Position numbers and translations under genes: made by a program. Below, piece after piece: positions 39,773 through 53,487 of a DNA stretch of 64,000 bases; the stretch's first letter is position 1, and every line of letters starts with the position of its first letter. The notes beneath the pieces were generated by a model, which saw only the letters and a list, made by a program, of their open reading frames with translations, was not told the origin of the DNA and did not search any database. This DNA comes from Ylistrum balloti (Eukaryota). The DNA is taken from positions 1,612,001 through 1,676,000 of the forward strand of contig NW_026781894.1 of the NCBI RefSeq assembly GCF_031769215.1, given 5' to 3'.

Positions 39773-39843
39773 TGGTGACTTCCGCATTGTAGAACCTACA
39801 CTGCCATCTAGTGGTGACTATTCACCATATAATATATGGGGTA
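39773..39843 (+). pseudogene. Identical 71-bp copy of the 3' end of ATG14 exon 6 (43677-43747)
   Basis: Base-by-base identity with tggtgacttccgcattgtag...atatatggggta; the sequence on both sides is unrelated to the source. Confidence 0.95.
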
Positions 39844-40577
39844 TCTTAACTTATCTTCAACCTCAGTACAAATTTGGACCTTCATTTCCAGAATATCCAC
39901 AACTTGAATTGTAAAGGAGTATCATAAGTCTTTATATCTAATTTGCATTTTTTTTTCTTGATAAGGAATCAATTTGAAGTAAACGCTTTGTAATTCCTTT
40001 ATTATGGAAGTGGGTTTTGAAGATAATCATATCTCCTCTTAACTGTTCAAGCTATAAATTGTAAAGCTTCTGTCTAAGTTGAAATCCCTCTGTCATCTGT
40101 TATGAATGTTTCACTCTCTGTCATTACATGGATATGATCAGCTAATGCTGTATGCATACATTTATGTTCGTGGCTAGTTACAAAACCTTGGGATATTCCG
40201 TCCCCATGGTACATAAGGTATGATGGTTTTTGCGTATAATAAAATCTGAATTTATCAGGTAATGTATACAGTATCAATGATAAGTCGTTTCTAGAAACTC
40301 AATAATGTTAAGATTTTCCGCGAAACACTATCTTGAGAAAAGAAATGTATTTAATGGTTTAATTAGTCCAAGGTAGGATTTCAAATTCGTGTGTTTCCTA
40401 GAGTTGAATTATATAACTTCATAGTAGCTTAAACGGTTGCTGTGTATTCATGCATTTGTAAATATTTTTAATCCTCGATAACATGTCACTTTTGAGTGAT
40501 ATTTTGAAGACGACGTGTTTTCCGGAATTCTCTCTCCGCTTTTCCGCACTGAAATTATAAATGCTCACTTGGTAAAC

Positions 40578-43500
40578 ATGGCTGCCTTAAGTACAGAAGA
40601 ACAAGAGGCGCCTACGGAATTTGAATTATCATCATCGTTTGACAGTTCATCTGGTCTTAAAATTGCCGTAGAACGATGTCCAGTGTGTGATTACAGCAAG
40701 CGACCCTTTTATTGTAAACTGTGTGTCAACCAGGGTCTATTCGTACACTCGAAAGGGACCTACCCAGAAAGGTGCGTAGTTTGACAGATGGTGACAGTCA
40801 AAATGTAAACAAAAGGAAAAATTTACTGAATAACTGCAGACGCCCTTCCTATTTCGTGATTTTATGCTTATTCGAGCATTTCAATTCTTTATCAAAGCGT
40901 TTATTTTTTCTAACTACTTGTTGATCAGAAAAATATATATCTTACGTAATCTAATCGAGTTTCCCATTGTTACAGTATATGGAGTATGTGTTATCTTGAA
41001 ATGTGAACTATAAGATAATCCACGGACTAAGATTATATCTAAGCCCATAGATAATTTCATTGGTTTGAAATTTCACTTTTACTTCCAATTTGTAGGTTTA
41101 CAGATAAAAGTCATAAGTTAGAAATTCTTTCAAAAGAGAGAGATTCGGTGCTTGAGCAGTAAGTATTTTTTATTTAATTTACTAAGTCGGTATAGATAAC
41201 AGTATTTGTGTCACGTTATTATCACCTGCAATGCAATAACTATGTGTTGTATCTATTTGTGAAAATTTGAAAGAATCTTCTATACTCCACGTGTTACAGT
41301 CACTTTCGTTCTCTGTACCTCTGGCAAAAGTGAAAGTTCCATGTGTAAGGCACAAGACTAGTTTGATCCTTTGATGAACATCAACAGAATTTCTAGGTCC
41401 CATAATGGTATATTGTTATGGCTGTGAAGTTGGTTGTCGCTCCTTTGTAATCTCCAAATCGAACGTATCAGCCTGTGAGTGGTTAGTTTTTTTTCTCCTA
41501 AAACCTATAAAATTAATTTGCTTGTGCCTTCAATTTTGCCATGACATGTTCTAGGGGTGCAGAGAGCAGAGATGATCCTCTGGAGTATCAAGGATGATTA
41601 CCCTCCTATCATCTTTGTTGATGATTTCAGTAAATTTCCAAGAAAGCAGTCTCGGTTCAGCTTGAAATATATATTTTTATAAATTGCTTTTTCGTTTTTT
41701 TTTTTTTTTTTTTTCATTTTCTGAATATAATGCATATATCATGCATGGTATCAGTTTTTAAAGATTATTAAGAACATTAGGGTTGATCTATGGCTTTAAT
41801 AGCCACACCATTTGTACATGTACAATCTTTTATTTTAGAGTGAGAAAGTCAGTATACAAGAAACATGCCATTGATAAAAAGGTAATTACAATGACTTCAT
41901 ATGTATACCTTTTATCTTCTTTTATTTCTTCACTAATTGGCTGAATGTATTAAACATTTAAACACTTCATATGCAGAAAATTCAAAGTTATGGTCATACT
42001 TTTCAGTCTTCTATTTAAGTGCTTTCTCAGTTATTCAGATGAATATATACTAAAGCTGTAAATGAAAGAAAACACATGTGATCGAAAGTGCATCATCTTA
42101 CATCCGTATAATAATTCTTGTTTTATGAATATAAATTGTTGCTTTGGAAGGCACAGGAATCATTTTTGATATATTACTGGTAGTCGTCTATTCAGTAATT
42201 AAAGAATTTCTCACAATGATAATTATAACAAATTTCTCTTTTATTAGAAACAAGATATCCAAGAATGTAAGAGGAAAATTGCATTGCTGAAACTAACACT
42301 GGCTGCTTCAAAGGAGATGAAATCAACAGGTATTTCATGATATGGTTAAAGTTGGTCACAGTTGCTAGTGAAACAAATTTACCTTGCTCAAAGTCTAAGG
42401 TTTGTCTGATTTGTGATACACAAATTGTTCAGTGCACATATGTAATACTTGCTAGACAGTGATATAGTATCATTAGAAAGATGGAAAAAATTGTAGGATT
42501 AAATTGCAATCTTTCATTTCTACCTGAATACATTATGATAGGGTTTGCTTTATCACTTTTTGTAGCATAAGCACATTGGATTACTGTCATATATTTCAAG
42601 CAGCATTGATTAGAAGTCATGAGCTTGTAGTAATAAAATTTGGGGCTTTGTATTGCAGACAGTAAAATCTTAATCCAAAGGAATGAGTTTAACACTGTAC
42701 AAAACCACATGTTAAACTTCAGAAACATTTTGCTCTAGTTGAGATATCTCTATCTTCATTTCACAAATTTGAAAACTCCTGACATAGGAATTTTATATCA
42801 GAAAATAAGAAAACTTAATGATATAACTGGTATCCTATTGGTTTTCTTCAATTAGAAAGGCAAGAGTTAGATGTGATGAGTCGAGAGAACTATGCCAGGC
42901 GTGTGAAAGGTCGCAATCACATGGAGAAGAAGCAGAGAATAAAGGATTACATCAAGCTCATAAGGTCATCAAATGGCGTGAAATTAAGCTCGCTGGGAGA
43001 TGTCCTGGAGAATCTATCAAAAGAGAGAAGGAAACATGTGGCTGATCTGACTCATTACATATTTCCAGTATTGGAAGTCAAGCGTGACAGGTAAAGTTAC
43101 ATAACATCACTCCATCAGAAAATAAATCAAAATATTGATGTGTACTATGAGCTGATGTTGTTTTTTTGCTTCTATAAAGCATCATTCAAATGCCTAATGA
43201 GGTTTTTTTACCATATAATTCAGAAATTGTGGCTACAATCTCAAGAGTCGGTGACTCAAACTCTTGAATCGTGAGAGTCAAATCAAAACCCTTGGAGTCA
43301 AGATTTCAAAAAATTGAATGTCAAAATGACATGTGATGTATGGAATTTTCTGGAAAATGTCTTTTCTTTTAGTTGAAATTAATGAATGAAGAAAATAAAT
43401 TAAACTTTTGAAATGAATGTAGGTTCATTTATAAAGGAGGTATGAAAAAATTGGAAATGATAAACAAATCTCTGTTGTCCTCATTAGAATAAATAGGTGA

Positions 43501-45631
43501 ACTTTACCCAGAAAATAACCTTCTTATACAGTAATCAATCTTCAAATGCATCTTACTGCCTTGTGTTACAGTGTGGTAGAAGAGAGTGCAAACTCGGCCA
43601 GTACAGAAAAAGCCCTACGAGATGCTAGCCACACAACATATATCAGAGGTCAATGGGTGTACACAGATGGCAATGATGGTGACTTCCGCATTGTAGAACC
43701 TACACTGCCATCTAGTGGTGACTATTCACCATATAATATATGGGGTAAGATCAAGAGGATTGTCAACACAATGATCAGTTTTTGTTTCTCCAAATTTTTA
43801 ATAAATATGCTCTTGATAACACACTTATTTTCAAATAAAGTTTTATAGATTTCAAAGTAATCCTTCACAATTCTTTTATAAGCTTGATGTCTTGCTTTGT
43901 TTAGATATGAAATGCCTGATTCAAATGTGACTTGTTTTTCAGTGGCTACAACTCGTGAGAACAATGGTGACCCTGACAATAGTTTACGCAATCCTGGTCA
44001 CAGAATCAGTGCAGCACTGTGTTATGCCAGTCAGTTGGTGTCCATTCTATCATCTCTGTTAGATGTACCTTTAGTTCACAGACAGAATTACAGGTAGGGT
44101 TATGTTGTTGTACCACTCTGGTTAACTGACAGAATTACAGGTAGGGTTGTAATGTTGTACCACTATGGTTCACAGACAGAATTACAGGTAGTGTAATGTT
44201 GTTGTACCACTCTGGTTCACAGACAGAATTATAGGTAGGGTTTTATTGTTGTACTGCTCTGGCTAACAGACAGAATTACAATTAGGGTAATGTTGGTGTA
44301 CCACTCAGGTTAACTGTCAGAATTACAGGTAGTGTAATGTTGTTTTACCATTCTGGTTTGCAGACAGAATTACAAGTAGGGTTGTATTGTTGTACCACTC
44401 TGGTTCACATACAGAATTACAGGTGGGAGTAAGCTATCACTCTAGTTCACATATAGAGATACAAACAGGAACACATTATCACACCACTCTGTTTTAACAG
44501 AAAGAGTTACAGGTAGGAACAGGAGGAGAGGGAACAAGTTATCACACCACTCAGGTCCACAGATTTGTTGGTAGGAAATAGTTTCACACATTCGGGATTC
44601 ACAAAAAGAATTGCAGGAAGTAAAAATTAGATTAGCATTTCTCTGTTGCTTGTTCTGCAGTTTTTGTTGAGGTAGTGCAGCTTGCTTTTTTTACATTGGA
44701 TTTTAAATGTTCTAACTAATTGATTAAATTCAAGTGAAGTTTTGTTAATTTTTTATTTTGGACTTTTATTTTCAGTGTATTCTGTGGTGCTGAGCTCACT
44801 GAGAAGAACTTTCGGAACTCTGTTGCTTGCCTCAACCAGAATTTACTGTACATCTGCTTCTCCCAGGGTCTAGCTGAATGTCCCCTTATTGATCCCAGAA
44901 ACACATTAGGGAATATCTGCCTCCTCGTGAGACACACAAGTCTAGGAAGGTTAATTATACTGTTGCCTAATTTGGGGTTTTCTTTATGATAAATCTCTAT
45001 GATGAACAGAATCTTGGTTGTATTTAATTAAGAATGAAGCAAAGATATAACTATAAACTGATGTATGGGGAAACAAAGGTGTAACTTCAAGTGTTATTAT
45101 ATAGATACAAATAAGTATTAATGAAATTTATTTAATATCCAGTTAGTATCAGCTTTGAAAACTACAAAAAATGGAGAATGTACAATTTTTTATGGCAGTG
45201 ATTTATCAATAATTTTTAACTGCAACAATTCATAGTCTTTTCTACAAACTCTTATTTGTATTGAAATCAACCACATCTCAAATTTTTTTTTTCACAGAGT
45301 GCAATCCTTTATTGTGAATCAGGAACTGCTCCAGTCTGTAGGGGAGATAACTGTATCAACAGACGAGGAACGAGAAGAAGATGATTGTCAGGCTGAACTC
45401 TTCACACGAGAAGGTGAGATTGGTCTGCCACCAGACTGGGAGGAAGTACCTCATGACATAGACGAAAGTGAGATTGGGAATCGTGCAGTGTTTAGTTCCA
45501 CTTTACAATCTACTTCTTATGCGCCTCCTACGTCAGATCCTGCTCATCTCACTGCCAGTGCATTTGTCACATCAGCTGCAGCGTCACTAGTATCCTTTTT
45601 TAGAGGACCTGCACCTTCTGACAAAAGATGA
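40578..45631 (+). CDS. ATG14: Beclin 1-associated autophagy-related key regulator (ATG14/Barkor), 482 aa
   Basis: Exons 40578-40771, 41096-41158, 41839-41881, 42248-42329, 42856-43090, 43572-43744, 43943-44093, 44776-44949, 45298-45631; phases consistent, total 1449 nt. N-terminal AVERCPVC..FYCKLCV cysteine motif, coiled coil, LTHYIFPV, TTYIRGQWV, SGDYSPY, ISAALCYASQLVSILS, and C-terminal BATS-like SAAASLVSFFR. Confidence 0.95.
44074..44550 (+). repeat. 47-bp minisatellite spanning the ATG14 exon 7 splice donor, ~8 clear plus 2 degraded copies
   Basis: Unit gttcacagacagaattacag|gtagggttatgttgttgtaccactctg at 44074, 44121, 44168, 44215, 44262, 44309, 44356, 44403. Confidence 0.9.
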
Positions 45632-46912
45632 CATCATTGTCTTTTAGTTAGTTTCATTCTGTGTTATGAAATGAGACCAATTATTCTAATTTAGCCATTT
45701 GGCAGATACCATGTTCTTGCATTTGTATGTTGTATGACTTTTAAAATTGACTTTTTTTATATTCTCTTGGAATTAAATGAAGCACTTTCTATATTCAATA
45801 AAACTAAAAATTAATTTAATTTCTTACAATATTTTTTAAAAATTCAGCTTTCTTAGCAAATAAAATATTTTCGTAAATGAAATATTTGTATAGCTTTTTT
45901 TTTTAGATATTTCTGGTAAAATTTGCACTGTCCTTTTTGGATTACCAAATTTGGTATGACTTTTTTAAACAAATAGGTCTTTACATGCATGTTATTTCTG
46001 TGCAAATAAATTCAATATGTACAAATGTACTCTAAAGGATTTCATGTTTCGGTATTCCTACTCTTGTCTTTGCCAGTTCTTTGAAAAAACTCACTGATAA
46101 ACAATAAGTGGTTTTACAGTTTGAATTTTTAAACTGTCCTCTCATATCATTTCTAAAATAATTTTGAAATGTTATCATTTTATAAATGACTTTTGAATTC
46201 ATATTGAATTTACTCTTTGTAAAAAAAATGATAAAAATGTTAAATGAATAAACATTTTCTTAATTTGACTCTTAATGTTTCAAACATTTTTATTTTCATG
46301 ACAGAAGGTTTATTGATCTCAAATATTTTTATTCATGACAATGGCTTATAAATGGAGATGGATATAGGAAACAAACTTCTTATAGTGAAGACAATACTTC
46401 TATTAATTGTTGATCATGACTTTATTGTGCTCTGGAAAGGATGAATATTTCAGGAAATTAGAGTTTATGCTGTGAGATTGTCACTCCAAATTGAGAGTGA
46501 AGCTACCTCTGACTTCATATAGAATGATTCATGTGTATTTATAAGCAACAAATGCCATTATTTGGAAAAAAGGAGAAAGATGCATTTTAAAAAGTTATTT
46601 TCCTCAAATTTAAAGATATTTTGATGTGTTCTTGATAGATATTCCTGGTCAGTTTTTAATTTGAAAACAAGTGGATACAATAGTACTGGAACAAATGATT
46701 ACATATTTTGTATTGTGTTGACTTTGTAAACATTTGTTACAATTTACATATTATGTTGTGTTTTATCAACTGTCCTTATTTGTGATTCATTGTTTCATTT
46801 GATATTGTTTAATTTTATTCCAAGTGCCAAATATTCCAGAGTGTGTATATTTATTTGGTTGGAGTTTGTGTTCAGGTTTAAAATAGAATTACGAATACGT
46901 TCTATAGTGTAA

Positions 46913-47666
46913 GTTCACCTGGTTTGAGAACCAATGTAAACTTTTGCTGTAAAATGGCATCTGTCGTCTGTCAACAAGCTCTTTAAAGTACTTCTAGTCA
47001 TGAATGATTAAGCAAATTGTTACCAAAGGCATCCTTAGGGGAAGGAGGGGAAAGAACTGCATTTTGTTTAAATGGTGAGTCTGACCCCATTGTTCCAATT
47101 CTGTCTGAAGCATTCTTGGATAAAGGGGAATTAATTTTGTTTAAACATTGGGTTTTCGGTCCCATGGGGCTTTAGGAGCAGGACCAACTAGGGGAAATAG
47201 AGCTAATTCTTTAAAATACCTCTTCTGTATATATGTTTGGCCATACCACTGGGGTCTTTGTACTAGGAATGATAGAACTTTGTTCAAACTAAGTAGTTAA
47301 AAGCTTGCTTTGATAAAAGGAACTCAATTCTGTATAAAATGTAGGTCAGACTCTATTGAGGATTTTGAGACTGGCCCAATATAGTTAATAGATGTAGTAA
47401 TCTTTGAAATCCACCTTTTTTCTTTTGCAAAAGTGAAAGTATTTTGACCAAATGTCTTTATCAAGAGCCCAATATTTGTGATCAGGGTAAGAGTTTAAAT
47501 AATTTTTTTTCTGCTTGGATGAAGGTATTTTGTTGATATCTATTTTTGAAGTTTTAAAATTCCTAATCTTTTGGGGAACATGTAACAATATGATTGTAAA
47601 TAAGAATGCTTTAAAGTTAAAGCTAAAATATCCAGGTGAGCAATACAGGCCTCAAGTGCCTCTTGT
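46913..47666 (+). mobile_element. Non-autonomous Helentron/HINE-like element
   Basis: Asymmetric inverted repeats gttcacctgg (46913-46922) and ccaggtgagc (47632-47641), followed by a small hairpin aggcctcaagtgcct and a tcttgt end. tctgtcgtctgtc microsatellite remnant near the 5' end. Confidence 0.6.
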
Positions 47667-48559
47667 GTTGAAGAAATTGATTAATTTGATGTTGGGTAAT
47701 GACTGAACAATTATTACTCCCAATGATTAACACACAGGTTAGTATGTTTATGTATTGAAAATAGGCTTACATCGGCCCAGAATAAAAAAGGGTTGTGTTA
47801 AGGATCAGGAGATTTCAGTGCCTACAGCTCAGAAACATTTATAATTGAAGATTGACAAGAGTCTAGTACCAATTTGGTGTGTTTTCAGCATAGTTCCTAA
47901 TTTTCGTAGTCATGCAGCTGTTCGAAAAAATCTAGATAGTACAAAATATGTGCTAAAAAACTTGCAAGTATAACTTGTTTAAAAATTCACCAAAACCTCT
48001 TTGATCTGTTTAATGCCATGAAATAAAAGACACCTTGTAAAATAATACAACTATTTCCGTGTTGAAAAGTACTAAAATTTAGAAAGGGATGTTCAATTAT
48101 GTTTGATGTATAACATCAGTATTTGTTGTAGAGTTTGAAATGTTGATTTGTTTGTCCCACTTTTAATTTTAGTTAAGATTTGACATTTTACCTGGAGTCA
48201 CGTATGAAACACCATTAACACACAAAGTGGACTTTTGATATATGTTTAGATATATTGTAAATTAATGTTCAGAAACATGAGTAAGCCACAAAAGTTTGAT
48301 TGATGTTTTTAAGAAGAAGATAAAATGTGCCTTTATTTAAATTATTTTGAAGGTTTTATCATTTTATTTGGATAATATTTACCTTATATAGCAATACAAT
48401 GAGAGATAAGATCATTGAAAATGTGTTATAACAGTTCTCTTTTGGTTATGAAGACAGTTATATCTAGGTCTCATTCAGTGAGTGGACTGTTGACATTGAT
48501 CACAGTAGCTGACCACCTTCCAACCTGTCATTATGTCATTATCATCTGTATGAATTGCC

Positions 48560-49083
48560 ACAAGGGTCTGAGCACCTGATGCCCCTAGACTGACTGTTAT
48601 ATCACAGGAGCCTGATACCTAATGTCCCTCAGTTGTCTGTCATTTCACAGGGGCCTGACCACCAGATGTCCCTAAATTGTCTGTTATATCACAGGGGCCT
48701 GACACCTAATGTCCCTCAATTGTCTGTTATATCACCGGGGCCTGAGCACCTGATGCCTCTAAATTGTTTGTTTTATCACAGGGGCCTGACACCTAATGTC
48801 CCTCAATTGTCTGTTATATCAACGGGGCCTGAGCACCTGATGCCTCTAGATTGTTTTATCACAGGGGCCTGACACCTAATGTCCCTAAATTGTCTGTTGT
48901 ATAAGTTGTTATATGGGTCTGACCACCTGATGTCCCTAGATTTCTGTTTATCATGGAGGCCTGACCACCTGATGTCCCTAGATTGTCTGTTTATCATGGA
49001 GGCCTGACCACCTGATGTCCCTAGATTGTCTGTTTATCACCAAGGCCCGAGCACCTGATGTCCCTAGATTGTCTGTTGTATAA
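48560..49083 (+). repeat. 43/44-bp minisatellite, ~12 copies, partly with alternating A/B variants
   Basis: Units tatcacaggggcctgacacctaatgtccctcaattgtctgtta and tatcaccggggcctgagcacctgatgcctctaaattg... alternate over ~48680-48900. More diverged ~56-bp repeats follow at ~49235-49390. Confidence 0.9.
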
Positions 49084-49429
49084 GAGATTGTAGTTGTCTG
49101 GGAATCTTTCTCTTATTGAGAAAAGTCTTATAATGGTGATCGCGAGGACTACCATAAACTGTCACTTTAGTTTTTGTTGTGATTACAGTATCTTGACCAC
49201 ATTTAACACTTCGTATGAAACATGTTTTAATAATCGCAGAGACCTGATAAGGTTGTGTTAGTCCATTGGCTGTTAATACCAGTAATCAGAGAGGCCTGAT
49301 AATGTTTTGTTACTCCATTGGCGGTCAGTATCTGTTATCACAGAGGCTTGATAATGTTATGTTACTTTATTGGCTGTTGATATCAGTAACATCAGGGCTT
49401 TAAAATATGTGAGGGGAATAGATTTTTTA

Positions 49430-50070
49430 TAAATGGTGGGTCTATGCCCTCAGTTCCCAGAGGAGTGACTGAGGGATGGGACTCAAAAAGGAAAATTTTC
49501 AAGTACTACTCTTCCTGTATGGTTGAATTAGCTGAAATTTGGTTTGAAGGGGAATAAATTGAGCATGAGCGATGGATTGCAGCAACCAAGGATGGGAAAG
49601 TCAAAGCCTAATAATGTGAAATAGAGCAAAATCTTTAAATCTTTCTGTTTTCTGAAGGGATGTAAGGATTCTTTCCCAATTGAAGAAGTATCAATCTAGT
49701 ATAAATGGTGGGTCTCAACGCAATGGGAGGGAGTTGCGGGGGCCCAATAAGGTAAATAAAAAGAAATACTTTAAAGTCCTTCCTGTACTACAGAAATAAC
49801 TGGATTGTCTCCCATTGTGCTGTGAAGCATTGTTGGGTATTTTGTATCGGAAATGTAAGTTCTTAAAATATTTCATCCATATTAGGATATTGTCCAAATT
49901 TGGTCTGAAACAACTTTTATGAATGGTGAATCTGATTTCTGTTTGACCAAAGGCTTGGACCAGTAGGGAAATCATATCAGAACTTATTCTTCATTTCATA
50001 AATCATTTAGTAAATGACTGAAAAGCTGAATTAGCTAGGTAAGTGATACAGACTCCTTGGGCCTCTGTTA
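49430..50070 (+). mobile_element. Degraded Helentron/HINE-like fragment
   Basis: Repeated aaatggtgggtct blocks (49432, 49704) and terminal aggtaagtgatacagactccttgggcctctgtt resembling the 47632-47666 end. Confidence 0.4.
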
Positions 50071-51322
50071 TTAAAACGTTTGATAGTAATGGCTCTAGCA
50101 ACCCTGTAATTTGTCAAACAGTGGTGTGAAGATACAACTGATAAATATATCTGAAATTGGATACCATTCAACCATTCAACCTCTTTACCTGTTCTTGCTT
50201 CTTGCTTCTCTGATTCTTTTTGAACTCATAACGGGAGTAGTCCGTCATGTAAAATAACTCAACTTTAACATATCCCTGAGCAACATATGCTTACGACAAA
50301 TACAGTGCATTGTTTGTGATGTTTATGATGAAATGGCCAAGTTGGACTATTTTGGACTTAAATAAAATAACTTATTTTTATTGACCGAAAACACTGAAAG
50401 CTAAACATGTCATATTTTTCCTGTAAGGCAAAATCATGTAAAATCTTGAAAGTTATCATTTGAATGATATATTGAACTATGCCCATACAGTCTCAGGGCA
50501 ACACATTATGCCTACGAACTCTTGTTGTTGTTGTTTCTGTATTAAAACTTGCCATTGAATCCAATAAAGTATGGCAAATTGAAGATATGTGTTTTCATGG
50601 TACTTAACCTTTGAGTGATTGCTATACTGCCTAACTAGATTAAGTTCCTCAGTAATCAGATTCTATACAATGACCATAAGTCTTCTGAAGTCAAACTTCA
50701 TTTAAATATTGTTCAGCTCGTCATGTTGCATTGAGTTCTCTTTCCAGGTTTCAAACAATGTGATCTTATCATTGCCAATTTTTGCCGTTAACCACTTATA
50801 CTAATTAAACTACTAATTGAACTGCTGTGTATACCATTGCTGTTCGAAATTAAAATGCTACTTTGTCTTACGATTTTATTGTAAGATGTTAACTGATGAG
50901 GGGCATCTAAACTACGAGGTTTGGAGATATAAATGTTGATACAATTATGTACAATGTTCATTGTTGCCGATACATTTTGACCGTTGAAATACATTAATGA
51001 TATGGAGTTTGCTGAGATTGATGAAGTGATGGACATGTTTCATGCACTTATGTTACCTCATTGTGAAACACCTCATTTTCTTGTATGAATGGCGACCTGT
51101 CAGTATTCTGTTTTAGCAGCCAACGTGATTTTGCCATCTTTTACATCGATAGTCATTTAAAGAACACAACATCAAGGTGAAACTAAACATAATGTAGAAG
51201 ATTAGTAGTTATTCATTTTTATTAAAAAAACAATTTTTAAGAACAATAATAATTATACGGAATATTGAAGAAAATAATGGAAGAACTTAGGTTATTAAAT
51301 TCATGCTGCATGCACATGGATG

Positions 51323-52175
51323 TCATGTTATTTGTTTTAATACAACTTTTTCACACATGAAGAAACGTTTTGTGGCACAGTCAATTGGCACAAGACCATC
51401 ACGTGACATTGAGACACAGACTCCAGAGTGGGTTTCCAGAACTCCTTGGACCCACATATCGTCCGGAATGATGGATCCGTCATGGAATGTCCAATCACCA
51501 ATCTCATTCCTGCCACCGGAAACAATAAACAAACTTTCCTGTGCTACAACACAAAATTTATATTAATGTTACAGTACTGAAATACATCAGATGCTTATAA
51601 TGATTCAGTGGCAAGATTAGAAATACATGTCTGTATATAGCATGTCAGAATTTGTGATACGGATAAAATGGTAAAGACACAGATGCCGGGCAGAATTTGT
51701 ACAACCATATTTTTCTTATAATGACAAAGATGTATATTTTCCTCAAGAAACTGAGTAGCAGTTAAAGCAAGTATTTAGTTATGAAATATAACATCAAAAT
51801 CCGAGCCTTATTGGGACTTGTTATACGGGCATTTCAATCTGTCTCATCTCAATGGAAATTTCATGTAATTCAAATTTCAATTTCAAATTTAATTCAATCT
51901 AGAACGACTATAAGATTGGAACTACGTAATATTATGGCGTTGACATAGACTATGTAATCACTCACCTAACCAGGAATCTTGACGAGTTTTGACCCACATG
52001 CCCTGTAGTTTTTGCGGTGTGTCTAGAATCATTAACTGTCCCGTCACTTTTCCGTATCCAATGCCGTGCCGAGAGCATGCTGTCTGACCGTCGGCCTGGG
52101 TGTGGCGAATACCATATATCCCATAACATACACCCGTGACGTCATACACGAATCCGTCACCATCGCACCATCTCA
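51323..52175 (-). CDS. C-terminal C-type lectin-like domain of the mucin-like protein (two exons)
   Basis: Exons 52175-51966 (LRWCDGDGFVYDVTGVCYGIY..QADGQTACS..GQLMILDT..) and 51543-51323 (..WTFHDGS..DDMWVQG..GVCVSM..PIDCATKRFFMCEK..*), phase 1. CTLD cysteine and tryptophan pattern present; no EPN/QPD or WND motif. Confidence 0.8.
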
Positions 52176-52549
52176 CTGCAAGACATATATTTAGTCATGC
52201 ATCCTTAACACCGTAGTATTTTTTTTCTGTCTATAAATTAAACATAAAAATCTAATATAACTTAATAGAACTTTTAAAAGTCGCTGATAAAATAACTTAC
52301 AGATAAGTATTTTTACCTTCAGATTCCCATAACAAATTTCTATTTTACTTCTCTTTGTTTTCTTATCTTTGCTGTCTCCTGTTTTCCTTTTTTCTATTTC
52401 CCTGTCCCTATTTTGTCTTCCCTCTCAGCACTCAGAACCGTGAAAACAACAAATTTCATGTTTTAAGTCTCAACTACATTATTAAATGGGATGATTCTAT
52501 CTTACATCGTATATATATACTACAACGGATTCACTTTTTTATCACTTAC

Positions 52550-52807
52550 AAACAAAATAGGATATTCCATTTCCTGGATGACCTTCACCTTTAACCATGT
52601 TTGAAGCTATGGTTTTGTGACCTTGACATATCCTCTCATTCGCGGAAAACGCGAAAGATACACATGTGTGGTCAGTTCGACAACGTAAACCACATGACCC
52701 CACGTGTGGCACTTGTACTCTCCATGCAATGGCAACCGTCAAGTTGATGTTTGTAAAACTGGCCTGGAAGCTTTGATGAACTTGTTGTTTCTGTTGAACT
52801 TCCGGTT
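52550..52807 (-). CDS. PAN/apple-like domain exon of the mucin-like protein
   Basis: 258-nt phase 1-1 exon encoding ..VPHVGSCGLRCRTDHTCVSFAFSANERICQGH.. (C-x3-C-x5-C-x2-F-x-F-x6-C core). Confidence 0.8.
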
Positions 52808-52966
52808 CTGCGTAACAAAATGATTACCACCATAAAGGCTAAATGTGGAGGATAGGATTCAAGATATATTAATACCACCTTTGTGTCTTTATGATCTATG
52901 ACACAAAGTAGGGTTAACACGAGAACACGATTGGTATCAATTGTACTGCCAAACAATCGTTATTAC

Positions 52967-53254
52967 CTGGTAGAGAACACTCGTAGACAACCGCAAGATA
53001 AGCATGTTTGTCAATGCAAGCGTTTCCATACATATGAGGGACAGCCGATAGAATACAGATACTCTTGTCTTGACAAGCCTTGTTGATTACTGTTTTCGTC
53101 GTTGTTACGTCAGAATGACACAACGTTGACGTCATCTCTGCACGGCATATCGCTGTATCATTCCGGCCGTGCCAAGTTTCTATGATATTGATCACATAAG
53201 GCAACGTACAGGTGATAGTTTTGGTTTCACTCTCACAAAGTAATACTCTTCCAC
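52967..53254 (-). CDS. SUEL/galactose-rhamnose-binding lectin-like domain exon of the mucin-like protein
   Basis: 288-nt phase 1-1 exon encoding LLCESETKTITC..INIIETWHGRNDTAIC..TLC..VINKACQDKSICILSAVPHMYGNACIDKHAYLAVVYEC, the 8-cysteine SUEL pattern. Confidence 0.85.
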
Positions 53255-53487
53255 CTAGAATACAATATAATACAATATAAAGATAAGAAAATCTGTACAA
53301 CGGACCGTGTCAATTCTGAGAATGATTACTATAACGAACAAATATCTCAACTGACTAAAACACATTAAATCAGATATCTTTCACTAAGAACCAAAAGATG
53401 ATTATAGTATAGAGTTCGTAATATCAGTTCGTATTGGCTATAATGGTAGTTAGCACATCAAGAAAACAAGTGTCATTATACATTTAC

